From an uncultured Collinsella sp. (GTDB lineage: Bacteria; Actinomycetota; Coriobacteriia; Coriobacteriales; Coriobacteriaceae): a DNA stretch of 64,000 bases. Below are positions 30,748 through 40,191 of this stretch, piece by piece. The first letter of the stretch is position 1; every line of letters starts with the position of its first letter. The position numbers were made by a program, and so were the translations under genes. The stretch spans positions 97,593 through 161,592 of the forward strand of contig UQIV01000001.1 in the NCBI GenBank assembly GCA_900541205.1, in the 5' to 3' direction. The notes beneath the pieces were generated by a model. It made no database searches and was not told the origin of the DNA. It saw nothing but the letters and a program-made list of their open reading frames with translations.

Positions 30748-31902
30748 ATGCACGAGACAGAGATCAACAACTACCTTGCCGTCATTAAGGTGGTCGGCGT
30801 CGGCGGCGGCGGTACCAACGCGGTCAATCGAATGATCGAAGAGGGCATCCGCGGCGTCGAGTTTGTTGCCATCAACACCGATGCTCAGGCGCTCGCGATC
30901 TCTGATGCCGATATCAAGGTGCACATCGGCACCGACCTTACCCGCGGCCTGGGCGCCGGCGCCAACCCCGAGGTTGGCCGCAAGGCTGCCGATGAGTCCC
31001 GCGACGATATCGCCGAGGCGCTCGCTGGCGCCGACATGGTGTTCATCACCTGCGGCGAGGGCGGTGGTACCGGTACCGGCGCTGCTCCCATCGTTGCCGA
31101 TATCGCGATGAACGAGGTCGGTGCGCTGACCGTCGCCGTCGTGACCAAGCCCTTCACCTTCGAGGGACGCAAGCGCAAGAAGAGCGCCGAGGAGGGCATC
31201 AAGACCCTCTCCGATTGCGTCGACACCATGATCGTTATCCCTAACGACAAGCTGCTCGACATCGCCGAGAAGAAGACCACGATGCTCGAGGCGTTCGCAA
31301 TTGCCGATGGCGTCCTTTCCCAGGGCACCCAGGGCATCACCGACCTCATCACCGTCCCGGGTATCATCAACCTGGACTTCGCCGATGTTAAGACCATCAT
31401 GAAGCAGGCCGGTACCGCCATGATGGGTATCGGTACCGCTTCTGGGGACACCCGTGCCGTCGACGCTGCCCAGCAGGCTATCTCCAGTCCGCTGCTCGAG
31501 AGCTCCATCGATGGCGCCACGCGCGTCCTGCTTTCCATCGCCGGCTCCAAGGACCTGGGCATCCAGGAGATCAGCGACGCCGCCGACGTTGTCGCCAATG
31601 CTGTCGACCCCGAGGCCAACATCATCTTCGGTACCGTTGTTGACGAGTCCCTGGGCGACCAGGTGCGCATCACCGTTATCGCTACGGGCTTCTCCGACTC
31701 CAACGTCAACCGTCAGGACGAGCTCTTCGCTGCCCAGCAGTCCCAGAGCAAGGCTGCTGCTTCTGCTGAGCCGCAGCGCACTGCTCCGACTGCCAGCCCC
31801 GCTCAGGCTGCCCCGACTCGCAACGTCGGTGGTACCGAGCTGCCCAACTTTGGCAACGATCAGTTTGAGCTTCCCGACTTCCTCAAGCGCGGCAGCTTCT
31901 AA
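30748..31902 (+). CDS. ftsZ: cell division GTPase FtsZ
   Basis: [22 protein letters not shown] tubulin GTP-binding signature. Start at MHETEI with the RBS GGAGGA 6 nt upstream. The ORF track starts at 30718. Confidence 0.9.
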   Translation: MHETEINNYLAVIKVVGVGGGGTNAVNRMIEEGIRGVEFVAINTDAQALAISDADIKVHIGTDLTRGLGAGANPEVGRKAADESRDDIAEALAGADMVFITCGEGGGTGTGAAPIVADIAMNEVGALTVAVVTKPFTFEGRKRKKSAEEGIKTLSDCVDTMIVIPNDKLLDIAEKKTTMLEAFAIADGVLSQGTQGITDLITVPGIINLDFADVKTIMKQAGTAMMGIGTASGDTRAVDAAQQAISSPLLESSIDGATRVLLSIAGSKDLGIQEISDAADVVANAVDPEANIIFGTVVDESLGDQVRITVIATGFSDSNVNRQDELFAAQQSQSKAAASAEPQRTAPTASPAQAAPTRNVGGTELPNFGNDQFELPDFLKRGSF

Positions 31903-31925
31903 GTCGTTCTTCGCATTGTTTTGCA

Positions 31926-31958
31926 CAGGGGCGCGTCCGTATGGATGCGCCCTTTTTG
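31926..31958 (+). terminator. terminator-like hairpin after ftsZ
   Basis: GGGGCGCGTCCgtatgGATGCGCCC followed by TTTTTG. Confidence 0.5.
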
Positions 31959-32112
31959 TTTCTCGTTTGTAAACGAAAGCCTCCAATCTCCTTACGTTCC
32001 CTTTACGTTTGGTCCCTACCGCTGCGGGTATCCTTTTAAACAAGTATGACAGCCGTATAAACACGGACTGCGCGGCGACGCCGCGGTACTTGTTGTAATA
32101 GGAGGCTTTAGT

Positions 32113-32913
32113 ATGGCAGCACGTGCGGACAACGTTTCGCGTGTCGACCATGATGGAGTTACGTTGGTAGAGGGCGCGACGCACGATGTCCGCTTTGCCT
32201 TTACCGAGCGCACCGGTGGCGTTTCCGAAGACGCGTACTCCTCGCTCAATCTGGGCTCGCATGTAGGCGATGACCCCTTTGCCGTTCAAGAAAATCGTCG
32301 TCGAGCGCTCGAGGCCATGGGCGCCGCCGAGTGCGAGCACAACTTGCTTGTCCCCAATCAGGTACACGGTGACCATGTCGTGACGGTGACCTCGAACGGC
32401 GCCGAAGATCTCGAGAACATTCGTGAGCAGATTGCCGAGGGCTGTGATGCCCTCGTCTGCACGGCGCATAAGGTGCCCGTGATGCTCTGCTTTGCCGATT
32501 GTGTTCCCGTGGTGCTGGTGGTTCCCGGCGGCTTTGCCGTGGTGCATTCTGGCTGGAAGGGCACGATTGCGCGCATTTCCGCCAAGGCCTGCCAAGCACT
32601 CTGCGACGCGGCTGGCTGCAAGCCGGAGGACATCTCTGCCTATATTGGGCCCCATATCCTGGGCGACGAGTATGAGGTGTCCCAAGAACTTATGGATCGC
32701 TTTGCCGCCGAGTTCGCGTGCATCGATGCTACCGCTTCCCGTATGCTCGATCTTTCCGCCGCCATTCGCGAGGCGCTGGTGGATGCCGGTGTCGATGTGA
32801 ATGGCATTGTGGACACCAAACTTTCCACCGTGCGTCAAAACGACCGCTTTTATTCCTATCGCAACGAGGGCGGGACCTGTGGGCGCCATGCTGCGATCGG
32901 CGTGATGCTATGA
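32113..32913 (+). CDS. YfiH/PgeF family (laccase-domain, purine nucleoside phosphorylase-like) protein
   Basis: DUF152 hallmarks HSGWKG and the CFADCVPVVL His/Cys region. It holds the conserved position after ftsZ seen in Gram-positive dcw clusters. Confidence 0.8.
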   Translation: MAARADNVSRVDHDGVTLVEGATHDVRFAFTERTGGVSEDAYSSLNLGSHVGDDPFAVQENRRRALEAMGAAECEHNLLVPNQVHGDHVVTVTSNGAEDLENIREQIAEGCDALVCTAHKVPVMLCFADCVPVVLVVPGGFAVVHSGWKGTIARISAKACQALCDAAGCKPEDISAYIGPHILGDEYEVSQELMDRFAAEFACIDATASRMLDLSAAIREALVDAGVDVNGIVDTKLSTVRQNDRFYSYRNEGGTCGRHAAIGVML

Positions 32914-33746
32914 GAAAGATCGCATCGGTCCTGAGTGCAGCAGTGCTCGCGCTCACGCTGTGCGCCTGCTCCTCGGGATCTTCTACCTCTTCCATCACCG
33001 TGGCCGGCTCGACCACCTGCCTTCCCATTGCCGAGATTGCGGCCGAGGGCTTTAAGGAAGAGACCGGCATCGACGTGCTCGTCTCCGGCCTTGGCTCATC
33101 TGCTGGCATCGAAGCTGTTAGCGCCGGCACCGCCGACATCGCCAGCTCGTCTCGTGGCCTCAATGCCGACGAGCAGGATTTGGGCCTGACGCCTATCGTT
33201 ATCGCACACGACGGCATTGCAGTCATCGTGAACGACGACAACCCGGTCGACAATCTCTCGACCGAGCAGCTCCGCGATATTTACGCCGGCAAGATCACCA
33301 ACTGGAAAGAAGTCGGCGGAGAGGACCTGAAGATTCAGGTTATCAACCGCGACGAGGCGTCCGGTACGCGCGAGGCCTTCCGTACCATCGTGATGGACGG
33401 CACGCCGTTCGATCGCCGCTCGGCTGTTCTTTCGGGCACGGGCCAGGCACGCGATGTCGTGTCCCGCTCGCGTGGCGCCATTGGCTACATCTCGCTTGGT
33501 TTTGTCGAGAGCCTCAACGCCAAGACCTCGGTTAAGGCCGTTTCGGTCAACCATGTCGAGGCATCCGAGAAGTCGGTCGCAAGTGGCGGCTATCCCATCT
33601 CGCGTGACCTTTACTTCTTTGTGAAGGGTACGCCTTCACAGCAGGCGCAGGACTACATCGACTATGTGACGTCCGAGAAGATGGACAAGCAGATTCGCGA
33701 GGCGGGCTTTATTCCCGTCACCAACGACGGAAAGGGGAGTGAGTAG
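32910..33746 (+). CDS. pstS: phosphate ABC transporter substrate-binding lipoprotein
   Basis: MRKIASVLSAAVLALTLCACSS lipoprotein signal, then a PstS-type PBP domain (TVAGSTTCLP...SGLGSSAGIEAV). The ATG overlaps the yfiH TGA in an ATGA arrangement. Confidence 0.85.
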   Translation: MRKIASVLSAAVLALTLCACSSGSSTSSITVAGSTTCLPIAEIAAEGFKEETGIDVLVSGLGSSAGIEAVSAGTADIASSSRGLNADEQDLGLTPIVIAHDGIAVIVNDDNPVDNLSTEQLRDIYAGKITNWKEVGGEDLKIQVINRDEASGTREAFRTIVMDGTPFDRRSAVLSGTGQARDVVSRSRGAIGYISLGFVESLNAKTSVKAVSVNHVEASEKSVASGGYPISRDLYFFVKGTPSQQAQDYIDYVTSEKMDKQIREAGFIPVTNDGKGSE

Positions 33747-34671
33747 CGTGGAAGCACAGGAAACCCCCCAGGTTGAGCATGAGGCGCAGGCGCCCAAAAA
33801 GCGTGAGTTGGCGTTGGTGTCACGCAGCACCTATCTTAAGGAGAAGGCGCTGCAGTGGATTTTCTTTGCCTGCGCGTTCTTGGCGGTCGTCACCGTCATC
33901 CTGATTTTTGTCTTTACCACGTACTCGGCGCTGCCGGTCTTTACCGACATCGGTCTGGCGGACTTCTTTAGCTTTACGTGGGCGCCCTCTGAGGGTCACT
34001 ACGGCATTATGTCGCTGCTAGCGGGCTCTGGCCTGGTGACGGTCGGTGCGCTCGCCATGGGCGTGCCCCTGGGTGTGGGTACGGCTGTGTATCTGGTCGA
34101 GATTGCCAGCAAGCGCGTGCGCAAGCTCATCAGCCCCGCCGTCGATCTGCTGGCGGGCATCCCCTCCATCATCTACGGTTTCTTTGGCATGGTCATCATC
34201 CGCCCGTTTATCGCGCAGCTAACCGGCGGCCTTGGCTTTGGCGCGCTGACAGCGTGGTTCGTGCTCGCCATCATGATCGTCCCCACCATTACGACGCTCA
34301 CCATCGATGCCCTCAATTCCATTCCCATGGGCATTCGCGAGGCGTCCTATGCCATGGGTGCCACCAAGTGGCAGACCATCTACAAGGTCGTGCTTCCTGC
34401 AGCCAAGCTGGGCATTGTCGATGCGATTGTCTTGGGCATGGGGCGTGCCATCGGTGAGACCATGGCCGTGCTGATGGTCGTGGGCAACGCCCCGGTCATT
34501 CCGGATAGCATCTCGAGCCCCATCTCGACGCTCACGAGTCAGATTGCGCTCGATATGAGTTATTCCTCGGGCCTGCACCGCTCGGCTCTGTTCGGCATGG
34601 GCGTTGTCCTGTTTATCATCTCCGCTGCACTGGTGGGTATCGTCCGCCTGATTTCCAAGAAGAGGGGGTAG
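33739..34671 (+). CDS. pstC: phosphate ABC transporter permease PstC
   Basis: Polytopic permease with the EAA-like motif region ...GIREASYAMGATKWQTIYKVVLPAA... GTG start overlapping the pstS end. Confidence 0.85.
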   Translation: MSSVEAQETPQVEHEAQAPKKRELALVSRSTYLKEKALQWIFFACAFLAVVTVILIFVFTTYSALPVFTDIGLADFFSFTWAPSEGHYGIMSLLAGSGLVTVGALAMGVPLGVGTAVYLVEIASKRVRKLISPAVDLLAGIPSIIYGFFGMVIIRPFIAQLTGGLGFGALTAWFVLAIMIVPTITTLTIDALNSIPMGIREASYAMGATKWQTIYKVVLPAAKLGIVDAIVLGMGRAIGETMAVLMVVGNAPVIPDSISSPISTLTSQIALDMSYSSGLHRSALFGMGVVLFIISAALVGIVRLISKKRG

Positions 34672-34674
34672 GCT

Positions 34675-35580
34675 ATGTCCGATTCCGTTGACACGACGGT
34701 CGATACGACCTCGTCGCGTGAGCGCATCAAGCGTGCCCTTTCCCATGGCAAGAAGGGCCGCATCAACAAGGATCTGTCCAACAAGATCATGCTCGGCGTG
34801 TTTCGCGCCGCGGCCTATATCACCACGCTGGTGCTGATCGCCATCATCGCCTACGTGGTCATCAACGGCCTGCCGCATATCTCGCTCGACTTTATCTTTG
34901 GCTGGCCCCAGGGCGTAAACGCCGAAGGCGGCATTTGGCCCACGATCGTCTCGACCATCTACGTGACGGCGCTTGCCATGCTCATCTGCACGCCGGTTGC
35001 CGTCCTGGCTGCGGTCTATCTGGCCGAGTACGCCAAGCAGGGCAAGGTCGTCGATATCATTCGCTATGCTGCCGATGCCCTGGCCTCGGTGCCCTCCATT
35101 GTTATGGGCCTCTTTGGCTACGCCTTGTTTGTCGAGGCTATGGGTCTGGGCCTTTCGATGGTCTCGGCCGCCCTGGCGCTGGCGCTTCTGATGCTCCCCA
35201 TCGTCATGCGCACCACCGAGGAGGCAATCCGCGCCGTTCCACGCTATATCCGTTGGGGCGCATATGGCCTGGGCGCCACCAAGTGGCAGGTCGTCTCCAA
35301 GATTGTGCTTCCTTCGGCTTTTGGCCGCATCGCCACCGGCATCGTGCTTGCCATCGGCCGCGCCATCGGCGAGACCGCCGTGGTGCTCTACACCATGGGC
35401 CAGGCCATCAACCTGCCTATTTCGCCGCTCGATTCCGGTCGTCCCATGACCGTTCACCTTTATCTGCTTGCCAATGACGGCATCAACATGAACGCAGCCT
35501 ACGGCACCGCGCTTTTGCTGATGGCGATTATTCTGGCCTTCAACCTGTTTGCGCGCTATCTGTCGCGCAAGCGCCGCTAG
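34675..35580 (+). CDS. pstA: phosphate ABC transporter permease PstA
   Basis: Second permease with ...EEAIRAVPRYIRWGAYGLGATKWQVVSKIVLPSA..., 301 aa. Confidence 0.85.
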   Translation: MSDSVDTTVDTTSSRERIKRALSHGKKGRINKDLSNKIMLGVFRAAAYITTLVLIAIIAYVVINGLPHISLDFIFGWPQGVNAEGGIWPTIVSTIYVTALAMLICTPVAVLAAVYLAEYAKQGKVVDIIRYAADALASVPSIVMGLFGYALFVEAMGLGLSMVSAALALALLMLPIVMRTTEEAIRAVPRYIRWGAYGLGATKWQVVSKIVLPSAFGRIATGIVLAIGRAIGETAVVLYTMGQAINLPISPLDSGRPMTVHLYLLANDGINMNAAYGTALLLMAIILAFNLFARYLSRKRR

Positions 35581-35592
35581 TTAAGGAGTCCC

Positions 35593-36396
35593 ATGTCCGT
35601 CTATCAGTCCGCTCCCACGCCGGAGCAAGCGGCCATCACGGCCAAGGATTTCAACTTTTGGTACGGTGACTTTCACGCGCTGACGGGGCTCGACCTCAAC
35701 ATCGCCAAAAACGCCATCACCTCGTTTATCGGCCCTTCGGGCTGCGGCAAATCGACGTTTTTGCGCTGCATCAACCGTATGAACGACCTTATCGAGGGCA
35801 CCCGCGTCGAGGGCACCATGACGCTCGACGGCAACGATATCTATGCCGAGGGCGTCGACCCGGTCGACCTTCGCCGCCGCGTGGGCATGATTTTTCAGCA
35901 GCCCAACCCGTTTCCCAAATCCATCTACGAGAATGTCGCTTTTGGCCCTCGTCTGCAGGGCGTGACTAGCAAAAGCGACCTCGATGACATCGTGGAAGAA
36001 TCTCTCAAGCGCGCCAACCTCTGGAAAGAGGTATCCAATCAGCTCAACAAGGATGGTTTGGCGCTCTCGGGTGGTCAGCAGCAGCGTCTGTGCATCGCGC
36101 GTGTGCTTGCGGTGCAGCCCGATGTCCTTCTGATGGACGAGCCCTGCTCCGCCATCGACCCCACGTCCGTCTCTAAGGTCGAGGATCTGATGGCCGAGCT
36201 GGCGCCCGAGATGACGATCATCATCGTCACGCATTCTATGCAGCAGGCCGCTCGTATTAGCGACTACACCGCATTTTTCTTGCAAGAAGTTGCCGGCGAG
36301 CCCGCCACGCTCATCGAGTATGGTCAAACCGACGCGATCTTCACCAGCCCGGCGGATTCGCGGACGGAAGACTATATCACCGGCCGCTTTGGCTGA
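35593..36396 (+). CDS. pstB: phosphate ABC transporter ATP-binding protein
   Basis: Walker [10 protein letters not shown], signature [16 protein letters not shown] and Walker [12 protein letters not shown], 267 aa. Confidence 0.9.
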   Translation: MSVYQSAPTPEQAAITAKDFNFWYGDFHALTGLDLNIAKNAITSFIGPSGCGKSTFLRCINRMNDLIEGTRVEGTMTLDGNDIYAEGVDPVDLRRRVGMIFQQPNPFPKSIYENVAFGPRLQGVTSKSDLDDIVEESLKRANLWKEVSNQLNKDGLALSGGQQQRLCIARVLAVQPDVLLMDEPCSAIDPTSVSKVEDLMAELAPEMTIIIVTHSMQQAARISDYTAFFLQEVAGEPATLIEYGQTDAIFTSPADSRTEDYITGRFG

Positions 36397-36488
36397 TCGG
36401 TGCGACTAGTCCCAAACCGATCGGACCTGGTCCGGTGCGTATTCACTGTGCGGGCGGCATGACCGCACCCAACTGATTGGAGTGAACC

Positions 36489-37346
36489 ATGCGCAAACTG
36501 TTTTCCCGTCAGCTCATCGAGGCCCGTCACGAGATGCTGAGCATCTACGAGGCTGTTGACCTGGCGCTTCACGACGCCGTGAAGGCCTATGTGACCGACG
36601 ATCGCAAGCTCGCCACCAAGACCAAGAAGCGCACGCTTTCGATTGACGCGCGTTGCGCCAACTTGGAGGCCGTGTGCTACAACCTGATCGCTACGCAGTC
36701 GCCGGTCGCCTCCGACTTCCGCTTGCTGCAGACAATCATCTACGTCGACTTTAACCTGCAGCGCATGACCGATAAGGTTCGCCAGGTCTGCCGCGCCACG
36801 CGTCACATGGTCAAGGCCGACATCTCGCTGCCTCAGGAGCTTGTCGGTACGGTTGAGGCCGAGGCCGAAGCTGTTTACCAGGTGCTGGGTTCGTCGATTT
36901 CTGCGCTCGTCACCAACGACATGTCCATCATCTGCAATCTGGCCGTCGAGGACGGGCCGGTGCATGCGGCGTACGAGAAGTTCTTCCGTACCTTCAACCG
37001 CATGGATGCCGGCGAGTTTATGGATGACAACAGCAATTACGACGACCTGCGCCGCGCCATTATGGTTTCGCGCTACCTCGATCGTATCGCCTCGATTTCC
37101 ATCGATGCTGCCTGTCGTCTGACCTTCCTGTTGACTGGTCAGCGTATGAATGCCGGCGATATCGCCCGTACGGATGAGGATGAGCTCGAGAGCATGCGCG
37201 TGCCTTCGGGCGAGGGCGTCATCATGAGGCCCGCCGTCGACGCGCGTTACGTTGCCAAGGTGCCCGCTAACGAGGTCAGCGAGGGTCTTCGCTACCTGCT
37301 CGATCATCTTGAGGATGAGGACGATGGCGAGGACGACGAGGAGTAA
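36489..37346 (+). CDS. phoU: phosphate signalling regulator PhoU with an acidic C-terminal tail
   Basis: Two PhoU-like helical repeats. The C-terminus ends DHLEDEDDGEDDEE. 285 aa. Confidence 0.75.
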   Translation: MRKLFSRQLIEARHEMLSIYEAVDLALHDAVKAYVTDDRKLATKTKKRTLSIDARCANLEAVCYNLIATQSPVASDFRLLQTIIYVDFNLQRMTDKVRQVCRATRHMVKADISLPQELVGTVEAEAEAVYQVLGSSISALVTNDMSIICNLAVEDGPVHAAYEKFFRTFNRMDAGEFMDDNSNYDDLRRAIMVSRYLDRIASISIDAACRLTFLLTGQRMNAGDIARTDEDELESMRVPSGEGVIMRPAVDARYVAKVPANEVSEGLRYLLDHLEDEDDGEDDEE

Positions 37347-37382
37347 GTAACCCCGTTCGTCGAAAGATTGTAAATACCTAAG

Positions 37383-37420
37383 TGAGCGCGGCCTTGCACA
37401 TGCGGGGCCGCGCTCTTGCG
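37383..37420 (+). terminator. hairpin after phoU
   Basis: Perfect 10-bp stem GAGCGCGGCC/GGCCGCGCTC with a 12-nt loop, then TTGCGTT. Confidence 0.45.
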
Positions 37421-37465
37421 TTAGCATGGGACTACTTGTTTGGCTGTCAGCGGAGGCGATTGGCA

Positions 37466-38203
37466 ATGGATAACTATTTGGACTTGATGCGCGCTCGCCG
37501 CGAGCAGATTCTGGAACGTTTTTATGCGGCGCTCGATCGCGCAGGCCGCCCCCACGACGCCGCGCGCCTCATTGCCGTGTCAAAGACCGTTGGTGTCGAT
37601 GAGACCGTTGCCGCCATCCAGACGGGGTATCGCCATTTTGCCGAGAACCGCCCGCAGGAGCTGGTTCGCAAGCTCACGGGTCTGGCGGAGCATCCGGAGC
37701 TGCCCGAGGTGCGCTTCGATATGATCGGGAACCTGCAGACCAATAAGATCAATGCGGTGCTGGGCTCAGCCGAGCTGATTCACTCGGTGGGTTCGCTGCA
37801 TCTGGCGCAGGCGATCTCGAGCCGTGCTGCCCGCAAGATTGAGGCAGGCGAGCTCGCCGGCCCTCAGCGTGTGCTCATTGAGGTCAATGTGAGTGGTGAG
37901 GAGTCGAAGGGAGGCTTTTCGCCCGATGAGATTCGCGCCGCCGCGGGCGAGCTTGCGGAACTTGAGGGAATTTGCGTACAGGGGCTTATGACTATGGCGC
38001 CTCGGGGGAATAAGGATGTGGCACGCCGCACCTTTGCGGGGCTTCGTGAGCTGAGGGATGAGCTGGAGGCGGCGCATCCCGATTTGAACCTGCCTGAGCT
38101 TTCCTGCGGCATGAGCGAAGACTTTGAGCCTGCCCTTGAGGAGGGCTCTACGCTCGTTCGCCTGGGCAGGGTAGTATTTAGCCCGGAGTTTGCAGTAAAA
38201 TAA
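37466..38203 (+). CDS. yggS: YggS-family PLP homeostasis protein
   Basis: LIAVSKTVGVDETVAAIQTGYRHFAENRPQEL shows the alanine-racemase-N fold with the PLP-Lys. Start at MDNYLD. The ORF track starts at 37382. Confidence 0.8.
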   Translation: MDNYLDLMRARREQILERFYAALDRAGRPHDAARLIAVSKTVGVDETVAAIQTGYRHFAENRPQELVRKLTGLAEHPELPEVRFDMIGNLQTNKINAVLGSAELIHSVGSLHLAQAISSRAARKIEAGELAGPQRVLIEVNVSGEESKGGFSPDEIRAAAGELAELEGICVQGLMTMAPRGNKDVARRTFAGLRELRDELEAAHPDLNLPELSCGMSEDFEPALEEGSTLVRLGRVVFSPEFAVK

Positions 38204-38263
38204 GGCTCTGAAGTGCGCACTGATTATCGGGGCGCCTGCACTAAACCGCGAGAGGACACAACC

Positions 38264-38986
38264 ATGGGCTTCCTTGACGAGATTAAAAATAAGATGCACC
38301 TGGGCGGCCAGCAGGGTTACGACCAGGGTTATGGCCAGGACGACGACTACGGCTACGATGATGGCTATGACGATGGCTATCAGGGCAACGGCTACAGCGG
38401 TGCTTCGGGCGAGGGCTTCTACACCCAAGACGAGCCGAGCAACGGCCTGCTTGGTCAGACGCGCCGTGGTGAAGCTGAGTCGGTTGCCGTGTATACACGC
38501 TCCGGGCAGCTGGTCGGCGATGACTCCCGCCATGCCACGACGTATAACCCGCCTTCGCGCTCGCAGGACAGTGTTGCGAGCGGTTATCGTCCTGGTGCCT
38601 ATGACACGCCGTCGAGCTACGCCGAGAACACCCGCGCCCGTGCCGCCGCTGCGCCCGCGCCTACACCGAGCGATGCCTCGGCCTATGCGAGCAATATCAT
38701 CAACGCCACACCGCAGCTGCCGGCCTATGTCCTGCGCCCCGAGAGTTATGACGACGTGGAGACCGTGGTGCGTCGCGTTCGCACCAAGCAGCCTGTCGCA
38801 CTGATTTTTGTGGGCGTACGTACCGAAGTTGCCAAGCGCGTCTTGGACTTCTCTTACGGCTTTGCCTGCGGTCTGGGTGCTACGGTCAAGGAGGTGGGCG
38901 ACCGCGTGTTCATGGTGCTGCCCGCCGGTTGCGAGGTCAAAGATTCCGATCTCAAGAAGCTTCGTGCGGACGGCTACCTTAAGTAA
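38264..38986 (+). CDS. sepF: cell division protein SepF
   Basis: The C-terminal SepF domain (PVALIFVGVRTEVAKRVLDFSYGFACGLGATVKEVGDRVFMVLPAGCEV) is preceded by a Tyr/Gly/Asp-rich low-complexity linker. Start at MGFLDEIKNK. Confidence 0.8.
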   Translation: MGFLDEIKNKMHLGGQQGYDQGYGQDDDYGYDDGYDDGYQGNGYSGASGEGFYTQDEPSNGLLGQTRRGEAESVAVYTRSGQLVGDDSRHATTYNPPSRSQDSVASGYRPGAYDTPSSYAENTRARAAAAPAPTPSDASAYASNIINATPQLPAYVLRPESYDDVETVVRRVRTKQPVALIFVGVRTEVAKRVLDFSYGFACGLGATVKEVGDRVFMVLPAGCEVKDSDLKKLRADGYLK

Positions 38987-39001
38987 AGACAAGACGAGGA
39001 G

Positions 39002-39289
39002 ATTCCCATCAACATCTACACTATCGTCCAGCTGGTCAACACGCTGTTCAACTTCTATTCCACGCTCATTGTCGTCTACTGCTTTATGACGTGGATTCCC
39101 ATGAAGCAGGGTGGTTTGCTTCAGGATATTGCCGCGGTGCTTGATAGCGTGTGCGGTCCGTGGCTCAACCTGTTCCGTCGTTTCATCCCGCCGATGGGCG
39201 GTATCGATTTTTCGCCGGTCGTTGCGATTATTGCGTTGCAGTTGGTGCAGAGGCTGGTTCTGCAGCTTCTTATAGGTATACTCGTGTAG
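39002..39289 (+). CDS. yggT: YggT-family small membrane protein with no canonical start codon
   Basis: The conserved YggT N-terminus (IYTIVQLVNTLFNFYSTLIVVYCFMTWIP) is in frame directly after the sepF stop. There is no ATG, GTG or TTG before it. GAGGAG at 38995-39000 precedes ATT (39002) and ATC (39008). The ORF track only calls from the internal Met at 39086. Confidence 0.5.
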   Translation: MPINIYTIVQLVNTLFNFYSTLIVVYCFMTWIPMKQGGLLQDIAAVLDSVCGPWLNLFRRFIPPMGGIDFSPVVAIIALQLVQRLVLQLLIGILV

Positions 39290-39350
39290 AACTGACTTAG
39301 TAACTTACGTCGGGCGTGTAGCGCCAAGGCGATGAAAAAGGAGACTTGTT

Positions 39351-40025
39351 ATGGCTATTACCCCTGCAGACATCCAGGCTCAGACTTTCTCTGAGGCCAA
39401 GCGTGGCTACGATCCTGCCGAGGTCGACGTCTTCTTGGAGACGCTGTCCTCTGAGGTTGACGCTATGCTCGCTAAGATCGTCGACCTTAAGGGTCGTCTG
39501 ACTGCTACCGAGCAGCAGCTTGCCGATGCGCAGGCTCAGCTTGCCCAGGCTCAGGATGCCCCCGCCCAGGCCGTTCCTGCCGCCCCCGTGGCTGCTCCCG
39601 CCCCTGACTTCTCCGCTCAGGAGCGCCAGATTTCCGCTGCCCTGATCGCTGCCCAGCAGACCGCTGAGACCATCGTCAACGATGCCAATGAGAACGCTGA
39701 GCGTATTCGCAACGAGGCTGACGCCAAGGCCCGCGAGGTTATCCGCCAGGCTCTGACCGAAAAGCAGGCCGAGCTCGAGGAGATCGATCGTCTCAAGGCT
39801 TCCCGTGAGGAGTTCAAGGCAGAGTATCTCAAGCTCATCCAGCACTTTATGGACGATGCCCAGAATTCCTTCCCGGCCGATCTGATGGCCTCCACGCCGG
39901 TCGGTTCTGCCGCTTCTCCTGCAGTGACTGTTCCCGCCGAGCCGCTGCCCGTCGCTGACCCGGTTGTCCCCGTGGCCGATCCCTTCGCCCCGATCGACAA
40001 CTTCGCTGCCGACGACCTGGACTAA
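39351..40025 (+). CDS. divIVA: DivIVA (Wag31-like) coiled-coil cell division protein
   Basis: MAITPADIQAQTFSEAKRGYDPAEVDVFLE is a conserved DivIVA N-terminus, followed by a coiled coil. 224 aa. Confidence 0.85.
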   Translation: MAITPADIQAQTFSEAKRGYDPAEVDVFLETLSSEVDAMLAKIVDLKGRLTATEQQLADAQAQLAQAQDAPAQAVPAAPVAAPAPDFSAQERQISAALIAAQQTAETIVNDANENAERIRNEADAKAREVIRQALTEKQAELEEIDRLKASREEFKAEYLKLIQHFMDDAQNSFPADLMASTPVGSAASPAVTVPAEPLPVADPVVPVADPFAPIDNFAADDLD

Positions 40026-40051
40026 CATTCGGCCTACAATTTAGTGCCTAG

Positions 40052-40082
40052 AAAGGACCCGCAGCTTGCGGGTCCTTTTTTA
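40052..40082. terminator. terminator between convergent divIVA and nitroreductase genes
   Basis: GGACCCGCagctTGCGGGTCC followed by TTTTTT. An A-run lies on the opposite side. Confidence 0.75.
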
Positions 40083-40191
40083 TGACTGTACCGGGGCGCG
40101 CAACATAAAAAACCGAGCCCTGCACATAGTGGCGCAGAACTCGGCGAACCGGTGAGCGGTCAAGGATAGGTTTTAGGGCATGTCCCAAAAT

